A stretch of DNA of 34,844 nt from a virus. Taxonomy: Duplodnaviria > Heunggongvirae > Uroviricota > Caudoviricetes. A model generated the notes under the pieces. The model saw nothing but the letters and a program-made list of their open reading frames with translations, searched no databases and was not told where the DNA came from. The translations under genes and the position numbers were made by a program. Below are positions 27,644 to 34,844 of the stretch, in pieces; the first letter of the stretch is position 1; the number at the start of each line of letters is the position of its first letter. The DNA lies in IMG/VR virus record IMGVR_UViG_2579778601_000008, positions 1-34,844 of that record. One strand, given 5' to 3'.

Positions 27644-29185
27644 TCAGTGGTAATACTCACTGCCGCGTACGTTTTCGTGTTCCATCGTGGATAACAGATC
27701 TGGTTTTGGATCCTGAACAGGTTGTTTATCCAGACCTTTTTCCAGGATCGATTTAATACCTGACAGACGCCATACCTTTGTTTTCAGAGCTCTTGCACAT
27801 GCTGCATTAAGTCTGGCTTTACTGTATTTTTTATGAAGGTTCAGGAGTCCAAGGCAGAAGCGATAGCTTTGTTCCGGATGTGGACGAGAGTTCAGTATAT
27901 GAAGCACATAACTATGAGTTTCACTGCCTATGTGCCCCGCCCATTCCAGAAGACGCTCTGGCGTCCAGGTGGCATGCTGTCGATGAGCTTCAGGCATGTG
28001 CTCGTTGCGGGTACTGTAGCCATAAGTACGCTTGCGCGGGTGCACAGCAACCTCCTGCCCCTGATTGAAGAGTCTTACCAGTTCTCCGGAGATCCATGCT
28101 TCCAGTTGCTGGCCTAACAGCGAACATGGAACCGAGTAGTAATGTTTGTCGATTTCCACGTGGTAATCGGCATGAACTCTGACTTTCTTCACCAGGGTGT
28201 AACTGTAACTGGCTTCAGGAAGAGGCTTCAGTGCGGGTTTATCAAGCTGGATGAAGAGTTCTGCACGTGAATAACCCAACTTCTGCATTATTTTGTTATT
28301 CAGTCTTTCCAGCAACTCCCGAATGCGCTGATTAAGCGATGCAAGGCTGTAGAAGATCTCATGCCTGATTCGGGCCATGATCCAGCGTTCAACAACCTGA
28401 ACGCCAACTTCAGCTTTGGCTTTATCTTTCGGTTTACGTGGCCGCGCAGGCAAAACTGCGACATTATAATGCTCAAGCATCTGCTGGTAGGTAGGGTTAA
28501 CGTCAGGATCATACTTACATGCCCTGGATGTGGCGCTTTTCAGATTGTCCGGAACAACAAGTTCAGGAACGCCACCCAACCACTGGAAGCAGCGAACATG
28601 ACTCATCACCCAGTCTTCAAGCTGCTGAGACCAGGTGGCCTCTGCCCATGTGTAACTTGATGCCCCGAGAACAGCTACGATGACCTGAGCAGTTCTTATT
28701 TCTCCGGTCTCAGGGTCGGTAACGCCAACGGTAGGTCCACAGTAATCAACGAAAAGTTTTTCGCCAGCTTTATGTACCTGACGCATTGATGGTGAAGTGG
28801 TTTTGAGCCATTCACGGTACATCCGGCAGTAATGGTTATAGCTGTAAAAACCGCCTGGATTACGCTCACAGTATTCTTCCCAGAGTAGCTGCAGCGTCAC
28901 GCATTTATTACGCAGTTCCCGGTGTACTGTAGCCCAGTCAGGCAGAGAGTGCTTCTTCATCTTAACCTGGGTCTGAAGGAACGCATGTTTTAGTTTTGTA
29001 TCATCCCATCCTGTAGGTAAGGGCCACTGCTTTATGCCAAGTTGAGCCGCCCGATTAGCATATCTGGATACAACGGAAGGGGAGATTGCAAGACTACGAC
29101 CAATTTGTCGATGGCTGAGTCCAACACCGTATTTAAGCCTAAGAATTTCTTTAAGTTTTCTCATAGAAATTGGAACTGTTGGCAT
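27644..29185 (-). CDS. istA: IS21-family transposase IstA
   Basis: 513-aa ORF with an N-terminal HTH and DDE-type integrase core, immediately upstream of istB. Confidence 0.9.
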   Translation of the reverse strand: MPTVPISMRKLKEILRLKYGVGLSHRQIGRSLAISPSVVSRYANRAAQLGIKQWPLPTGWDDTKLKHAFLQTQVKMKKHSLPDWATVHRELRNKCVTLQLLWEEYCERNPGGFYSYNHYCRMYREWLKTTSPSMRQVHKAGEKLFVDYCGPTVGVTDPETGEIRTAQVIVAVLGASSYTWAEATWSQQLEDWVMSHVRCFQWLGGVPELVVPDNLKSATSRACKYDPDVNPTYQQMLEHYNVAVLPARPRKPKDKAKAEVGVQVVERWIMARIRHEIFYSLASLNQRIRELLERLNNKIMQKLGYSRAELFIQLDKPALKPLPEASYSYTLVKKVRVHADYHVEIDKHYYSVPCSLLGQQLEAWISGELVRLFNQGQEVAVHPRKRTYGYSTRNEHMPEAHRQHATWTPERLLEWAGHIGSETHSYVLHILNSRPHPEQSYRFCLGLLNLHKKYSKARLNAACARALKTKVWRLSGIKSILEKGLDKQPVQDPKPDLLSTMEHENVRGSEYYH

Positions 29186-29378
29186 AGGTATCCTTTACCG
29201 GAATGGCAAAAGATACAGATCAACACACCTGTGAAGTTCCAATAACATTGATGGAGATCACTGAATAACAAAATGAGTCAAAAGTGATCTCCATCGATGT
29301 TATTCAGCGATCTGTTCAAATGTTATTACCCGATCTCGATGGAAGTTATTGAGTGATCTCCTTTCATGAAAATACGCA

Positions 29379-31748
29379 GCGAGTAAGTCGCTGTCGGGGG
29401 ATATCCGGGAAACACAAAAATCACTGCGCGAGCTGAATGGTCACGCATCCCGTATTGAGGGATTTCGCAAGACTAGCGCACAGCTTGCCGTGACTGGTCA
29501 TGCACTTGAAAAGGCACGGCAGGAAGCCGAAGCCCTTGCCACACAGTTTAAAAACACCGAACGTCCGACCCGTGCTCAGGCGAAAGTGCTGGAATCCGCA
29601 AAGCGTGCGGCGGAGGACTTACAGGCGAAATATAACCGCCTGACGGATTCCGTTAAACGCCAGCAGCGGGAACTGGCCGTTGTGGGAATTAATACCCGCA
29701 ATCTTGCACATGATGAGCAGGGACTGAAAAACCGTATCAGTGAAACCACCGCACAGCTTAACCGTCAGCGCGACGCGCTGGCGCGTGTCAGTGCGCAACA
29801 GGCAAAACTTAACGCAGTAAAACAGCGTTATCAGGCCGGAAAGGAACTGGCCGGAAATATGGCCTCAGTGGGCGCTGCCGGTGTGGGGATTGCTGCTGCG
29901 GGAACGATGGCCGGAGTTAAGCTGCTGATGCCCGGTTATGAGTTTGCGCAGAAAAACTCAGCATTGCAGGCCGTGCTCGGAGTGGCAAAAGACTCCGCCG
30001 AAATGACCGCACTCCGCAAACAGGCGCGCCAGCTCGGCGACAATACCGCAGCCTCGGCGGATGATGCAGCCGGTGCACAGATTATCATTGCGAAAGCCGG
30101 TGGGGATGCTGCGGCTATTCAGGCGGCAACGCCGGTCACACTGAATATGGCACTGGCAAACCAGCGGTCGATGGAAGAAAACGCGCAACTGTTGCTGGGG
30201 ACTAAGGCATCCTTTCAACTGTCAAATGATGATGTCAGCCATGTGGGCGACGTGTTGTCGGCAACGATGAATAAGTCGGCGGCTGATTTTCAGGGACTCA
30301 GTGATGCACTGACTTACCTCGGTCCGGTTGCGAGGACGGCAGGTGTAAGTCTTGAACAGGCAGCGGCCATGACAGGTGTGCTGCATGACAATAACATCAG
30401 GGGGTCAATGGCGGGTACGGGTGGCAGTGCCGTTGTCACCCGATTACAGGCACCGACTGGAAAAGCATGGGATGCACTCAAAGAGCTTGGCGTTAAAACC
30501 TCGGACAAAAAGGGAAATATGCGTCCGTTGTTCACCATTCTGAAAGAGATTCAGGCCAGCTTTGATAAACACAAGCTGGGAACGTCTCAGAAGGGGGAAT
30601 ACCTTAAAACCATTTTTGGTGAGGAAGCCCTGAAATCAGCGAACGTTTTACTGGCAGCGGCAGCAAGCGGAAAACTGGATAAGCTGACCGCCACGCTGAA
30701 AGCCTCGGACGGTAAAACGGAAGAGCTGGTTAAAATCATGCAGGATAACCTCGGTGGTGACTTTAAGGAGTTTCAGTCCGCTTATGAGGCGGTGGGGACT
30801 GACCTGTTTGACCAGCAGGAAGGCACACTGCGTAAGCTCACGCAGACGGCCACAAAGTATGTGTTAAAACTCGACGGCTGGATCCAGAAAAACAAATCAC
30901 TGGCGTCAACCATCGGCATCATTGCCGGTGGCGCGCTGGCGCTGATTGGCATCATCGGTGCAATTGGTCTTGTAGCCTGGCCGGTTATCACCGGCATCAA
31001 TGCCATCATCGCGGCAGCAGGCGCAATGGGGGCAATCTTCACGACGGTTGGCAGTGCTGTTATGACCGCCATCGGGGCTATTAGCTGGCCGGTTGTGGCC
31101 GTGGTGGCTGCCATTGTCGCCGGGGCGTTGCTTATCCGTAAATACTGGGAGCCTGTCAGCGCATTCTTTGGCGGTGTGGTTGAAGGGCTGAAAGCGGCAT
31201 TTGCGCCGGTGGGGGAACTGTTCACGCCACTGAAGCCGGTGTTTGACTGGCTGGGCGAAAAGTTACAGGCCGCGTGGCAGTGGTTTAAAAACCTGATTGC
31301 CCCGGTCAAAGCCACCCAGGACACCCTGAACCGTTGCCGTGACACGGGCGTCATGTTCGGGCAGGCACTGGCTGACGCGTTGATGCTGCCGCTTAATGCG
31401 TTCAACAAACTGCGCAGTGGTATTGACTGGGTACTGGAAAAACTCGGTGTTATCAACAAAGAGTCAGACACACTTGACCAGACCGCCGCCAGAACTCATG
31501 CCGCCACGTATGGTACCGGTGACTATATTCCGGCGACCAGCTCTTATGCAGGCTATCAGGCTTATCAGCCGGTCACGGCACCGGCTGGCCGCTCTTATGT
31601 AGACCAGAGTAAAAACGAATATCACATCAGCCTGACGGGTGGTACTGCGCCGGGGACACAGCTTGACCGCCAGTTACAGGACGCGCTCGAAAAATACGAG
31701 CGGGATAAACGTGCGCGCGCCCGTGCCAGCATGATGCATGACGGTTAA
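29379..31748 (+). pseudogene. T: Tape measure protein T, C-terminal portion (frame open from the IS junction)
   Basis: The frame resumes right after the IS (...KSLSGDIRETQKSLRELNGHASRIEGFRKTSAQLAVTGHALEKARQ...) and continues ~790 codons with the hydrophobic segments typical of tape measure proteins. Confidence 0.85.
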
Positions 31749-31762
31749 GGAGGTGACGAAAA

Positions 31763-32242
31763 ATGATGCTCGCGTTAGGTATGTTTGTTTTTATGCGCCA
31801 GACGCTGCCACACCAGACCATGCAGCGTGAATCAGATTATCGCTGGCCGTCAAATTCCCGTATCGGTAAACGGGATGCCTACCAGTTTCTCGGTGTGGGT
31901 GAGGAAAACATGACGCTTGCCGGTGTGCTTTATCCCGAACTGACCGGCGGAAAGCTGACGATGACCACGCTCAGGCTGATGGCAGATGAAGGCCGGGCGT
32001 GGCCGTTGCTGGATGGCACCGGCATGATTTACGGCATGTATGTCATCAGCAAGGTGAGTGAAACAGGGAGTATTTTCTTTGCAGACGGCACACCCCGGAA
32101 AATTGATTTTACGCTGTCGCTCACCCGCGTTGATGAATCACTGGCCGCGCTTTATGGCGATATCGGTAAACAGGCGGAGTCGCTCATCGGTAAGGCCGGC
32201 AGTATGGCGACCAGATTCACGGGTATGACGGGGGCAGGATAA
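31763..32242 (+). CDS. U: Tail protein U
   Basis: 159-aa ORF at the P2 gpU position. Confidence 0.88.
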   Translation: MMLALGMFVFMRQTLPHQTMQRESDYRWPSNSRIGKRDAYQFLGVGEENMTLAGVLYPELTGGKLTMTTLRLMADEGRAWPLLDGTGMIYGMYVISKVSETGSIFFADGTPRKIDFTLSLTRVDESLAALYGDIGKQAESLIGKAGSMATRFTGMTGAG

Positions 32243-33405
32243 TGCTGGATGCGCTGACATTTGATGCAGGCAGTACGCTGACGCCGGATTACATGCTGAT
32301 GCTCGACAGCAGGGATATTACCGGCAATATCAGCGACCGTCTGATGAGTATGACCCTGACGGATAGCCGGGGCTTTGAGGCTGACCAGCTTGATATTGAA
32401 CTGAACGATGCCGACGGGCAGGTCGGGCTGCCGGTTCGTGGCGCTGTCCTGACGGTGTATATCGGCTGGAAAGGTTTTGCCCTGGTATGCAAAGGGAAAT
32501 TCACCGTTGATGAGGTTGAACACCGGGGCGCACCGGATGTGGTCACCATCCGCGCCCGGAGTGCAGATTTTCGCGGGACGCTCAATTCCCGCCGTGAAGG
32601 CTCCTGGCATGACACCACGCTCGGTGCGATTGTTGAGGCGATAGCCTCCCGTAACAGGCTGGAAGCCAGTGTCGCGCCGTCACTGGCAGGAATTAAAATC
32701 CCGCACATCGACCAGTCGCAGGAGTCTGATGCGAAATTCCTGACCCGTCTTGCAGAACGCAACGGCGGTGAGGTCTCGGTAAAAATGGGAAAACTGTTGT
32801 TTCTCAAAGCGGGGCAGGGGGTGACGGCCAGCGGTAAAAAAATCCCGCAGGTCACCATCACCCGCAGCGACGGTGACCGTCATCATTTTGCGATTGCTGA
32901 CCGTGGAGCCTATACCGGCGTAACGGCAAAGTGGCTTCACACCAAAGACCCGAAGCCACAAAAGCAGAAGGTAAAACTGAAACGCAAAAAGAAAGAAAAA
33001 CACCTGCGCGCACTGGAACACCCGAAAGCGAAACCAGTCACGCAGAAGAAAGCGCCAAAAGTACCGGAAGCGCGCGAAGGTGAATACATGGCAGGTGAGG
33101 CTGACAACGTTTTTGCCCTGACCACGGTATATGCCACGAAAGCGCAGGCCATGCGCGCCGCTCAGGCGAAGTGGGATAAGCTGCAACGGGGCGTTGCGGA
33201 GTTCTCCATCAGTCTGGCTACTGGTCGGGCAGATATTTACACGGAAACGCCGGTCAAAGTATCAGGCTTTAAGCGCGTCATAGACGAGCAGGACTGGACA
33301 ATCACTAAGGTGACACATTTTCTGAATAATAGCGGCTTCACGACGTCCTTGGAGCTTGAGGTCAGGCTTTCTGATGTGGAGTACGAAACAGAAGATGATG
33401 AGTGA
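32242..33405 (+). CDS. D: Tail protein D (late control D)
   Basis: 387-aa ORF at the P2 gpD position; contains a Lys/Pro-rich low-complexity segment. Confidence 0.9.
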   Translation: MLDALTFDAGSTLTPDYMLMLDSRDITGNISDRLMSMTLTDSRGFEADQLDIELNDADGQVGLPVRGAVLTVYIGWKGFALVCKGKFTVDEVEHRGAPDVVTIRARSADFRGTLNSRREGSWHDTTLGAIVEAIASRNRLEASVAPSLAGIKIPHIDQSQESDAKFLTRLAERNGGEVSVKMGKLLFLKAGQGVTASGKKIPQVTITRSDGDRHHFAIADRGAYTGVTAKWLHTKDPKPQKQKVKLKRKKKEKHLRALEHPKAKPVTQKKAPKVPEAREGEYMAGEADNVFALTTVYATKAQAMRAAQAKWDKLQRGVAEFSISLATGRADIYTETPVKVSGFKRVIDEQDWTITKVTHFLNNSGFTTSLELEVRLSDVEYETEDDE

Positions 33406-33486
33406 TGTTTTTATTTTATCTGTTTGTTTTATAAGGATAAATTAACTAAAATGGCACCATCAATAAAACCGGAAGAGGTGCTCGCG

Positions 33487-33705
33487 ATGTTTCATTGTCC
33501 TTTATGCCAGCATGCCGCACATGCGCGTACAAGTCGCTATATCACTGACACGACAAAAGAGCGTTATCACCAGTGCCAGAACGTGAATTGCAGCGCCACG
33601 TTCATCACTTATGAGTCGGTACAGCGATACATCGTGAAGCCGGGAGAAGTCCACGCCGTAAGACCGCACCCGTTGCCGTCAGGGCAGCAAATTATGTGGA
33701 TGTGA
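33487..33705 (+). CDS. ogr: Late-gene transcriptional activator Ogr (zinc finger)
   Basis: Start at MFHCPLCQHAAHARTSRYITDTTKERYHQCQNVNCSATF...; 72 aa with a Cys4 arrangement as in P2 Ogr. Confidence 0.9.
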   Translation: MFHCPLCQHAAHARTSRYITDTTKERYHQCQNVNCSATFITYESVQRYIVKPGEVHAVRPHPLPSGQQIMWM

Positions 33706-33710
33706 TCACA

Positions 33711-33740
33711 AAAATAGCCCCTCAGTTGAGGGGCTTTATT
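33711..33740 (+). terminator. Intrinsic terminator after ogr
   Basis: Hairpin TAGCCCCTC-AGTT-GAGGGGCT followed by a T-rich tract. Confidence 0.65.
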
Positions 33741-33748
33741 TATGGTCG

Positions 33749-33767
33749 ATGTGGACGCTATGTGGAC
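33749..33767 (+). promoter_or_regulatory. Candidate Int arm-type binding sites (two direct repeats ATGTGGAC) in the right arm
   Basis: ATGTGGAC at 33749-33756 and 33760-33767, between ogr and the host junction; resembles the TGTGGACA-like arm consensus I recall for P2 Int. Confidence 0.45.
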
Positions 33768-33834
33768 AGTGCTTGATATAAATCCATTTATATCATCAGG
33801 TTAGGTGCTTTTTTGTGACACCATCCCTGTCTTC

Positions 33835-33860
33835 CCCCACATGATGTGGGGGTTTTTTTT
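33835..33860 (+). terminator. Intrinsic terminator-like hairpin near the prophage/host junction
   Basis: CCCCCACATGATGTGGGGG followed by T8; may belong to the host upstream gene or overlap the att core. Confidence 0.5.
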
Positions 33861-33941
33861 ATCCTCAATTTGCCTGCTGCTTAATGCATTGCAGATGATT
33901 TGCTTCCGTTATACTACCGTCAGTTGATAGCGGGAGTATTT

Positions 33942-34844
33942 ATGAATCAATCTTATGGACGGCTGGTCAGTCGGGCGGCGATTGCTGCGACGGCGATGGC
34001 TTCGCTGCTATTGCTGATTAAAATTTTTGCATGGTGGTATACCGGGTCGGTGAGTATTCTCGCCGCGCTGGTGGATTCGCTGGTGGATATCGGTGCGTCG
34101 TTGACGAATTTACTGGTGGTGCGATATTCCCTGCAACCTGCCGACGATAATCACTCGTTTGGTCACGGTAAAGCTGAGTCCCTCGCGGCGCTGGCGCAAA
34201 GTATGTTTATCTCCGGTTCGGCACTATTCCTGTTTTTGACGGGTATTCAACATCTGGTATCTCCAACACCGATGACAGATCCAGGCGTCGGGGTTATCGT
34301 GACAATTGTGGCGCTAATTTGTACGATTATCCTTGTCTCGTTTCAGCGTTGGGTGGTGCGCCGGACGCAAAGCCAGGCGGTGCGGGCTGATATGCTACAT
34401 TACCAGTCTGATGTTATGATGAACGGCGCAATTCTGCTGGCGCTGGGGTTGTCCTGGTACGGCTGGCATCGCGCCGATGCTCTGTTTGCATTGGGGATCG
34501 GCATCTATATTTTATATAGCGCGTTACGCATGGGATATGAGGCGGTACAGTCATTACTGGATCGCGCATTGCCTGATGAGGAACGGCAAGAAATTATTGA
34601 TATCGTGACTTCCTGGCCGGGTGTTAGCGGCGCTCACGATCTTCGCACGCGGCAGTCAGGGCCGACCCGCTTTATTCAGATTCATTTGGAAATGGAAGAC
34701 TCTCTGCCTTTGGTTCAGGCACATATGGTGGCGGATCAGGTAGAGCAGGCTATTTTACGGCGTTTTCCGGGATCGGATGTGATTATCCATCAGGACCCCT
34801 GTTCCGTCGTACCCAGGGAGGGTAAACGGTCTATGCTTTCATAA
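33942..34844 (+). CDS. fieF: Host cation-efflux pump FieF/YiiP (cation diffusion facilitator)
   Basis: Start at [35 protein letters not shown]...; ~300 aa with multiple TM helices and a C-terminal cytoplasmic domain; matches enterobacterial FieF as I recall it. Confidence 0.85.
   Translation: MNQSYGRLVSRAAIAATAMASLLLLIKIFAWWYTGSVSILAALVDSLVDIGASLTNLLVVRYSLQPADDNHSFGHGKAESLAALAQSMFISGSALFLFLTGIQHLVSPTPMTDPGVGVIVTIVALICTIILVSFQRWVVRRTQSQAVRADMLHYQSDVMMNGAILLALGLSWYGWHRADALFALGIGIYILYSALRMGYEAVQSLLDRALPDEERQEIIDIVTSWPGVSGAHDLRTRQSGPTRFIQIHLEMEDSLPLVQAHMVADQVEQAILRRFPGSDVIIHQDPCSVVPREGKRSMLS

Larger units (their letters stand above)
26798..29378 (-). mobile_element. IS21-family insertion sequence (istA-istB) inserted in gene T
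   Basis: Ends TGCGTATT...AATACGCA are inverted repeats with multiple GGAGATC-type subterminal repeats; flanked by direct repeat GCGAG (26793-26797 and 29379-29383); boundaries +/- 2 bp. Confidence 0.85.
1..33900. mobile_element. P2-like prophage, from int stop codon to right attachment region next to fieF; left attachment site is outside the window
   Basis: Conserved P2 gene order int-C-cox-B-A-(cargo)-cos-Q-P-O-N-M-L-X-Y-K-lysABC-R-S-V-W-J-I-H-G-FI-FII-E/E'-T-U-D-ogr recognised from translated ORFs; host fieF starts at 33942. Right boundary is approximate. Confidence 0.9.

Noticed and set aside
30782-31471. 229-aa minus-strand ORF inside the tape measure gene T
   Set aside because: Antisense shadow ORF within the Ala/Gly-rich tape measure coding region.
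32940-33070. Lys/Pro-rich low-complexity stretch in gene D (KDPKPQKQKVKLKRKKKEKH...KAKPVTQKKAPKVPEAREG) as a possible insertion
   Set aside because: It is in frame within D and looks like a flexible linker of a tail protein; without comparison it is not evidence of anything unusual.
32289-33186. Minus-strand ORFs (190 aa, 168 aa) inside gene D
   Set aside because: Overlap the conserved tail gene D on the opposite strand; considered shadows.
1-34844. CRISPR arrays, tRNA or rRNA genes
   Set aside because: No regularly spaced short direct repeats, no cloverleaf-like tRNA candidates at the junction and no rRNA-like stretches were recognised on reading the sequence.

Overview
This window is almost entirely a P2-like (Peduovirus-type) prophage, read from translated ORFs against remembered P2 gene content; no database search was run. 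It opens at the stop codon of int (minus strand) and runs through C, cox, orf78-like, B, four small orfs and A, then a ~3.5 kb AT-rich cargo island, cos, Q and P (minus), O, N, M, L, X, the lysis cassette (Y, K, lysA, lysB, lysC), R, S, V, W, J, I, tail fibre H and G, FI, FII, E/E' (frameshift), tape measure T, U, D and ogr. It ends with Int arm-type repeats and the host cation-efflux gene fieF. T is split by a ~2.6 kb IS21-family insertion (istA/istB) with a target-site duplication, so the prophage is probably tail-defective. The most interesting part is the A-cos hotspot (about 5776..9326), where P2 carries tin/old. Here it carries (i) an ImmA/IrrE-type HEXXH metallopeptidase gene co-oriented with a two-TM membrane protein gene, (ii) a convergent 313-aa gene with an RNxxxH (HEPN-like) motif, and (iii) a 37-codon hydrophobic ORF with a strong SD and an intrinsic terminator, bracketed by 14-bp direct repeats. 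I cannot assign these to a named defence system from sequence alone; they are candidate, possibly undescribed, anti-phage or abortive-infection cargo. No rRNA, tRNA or CRISPR array was seen.
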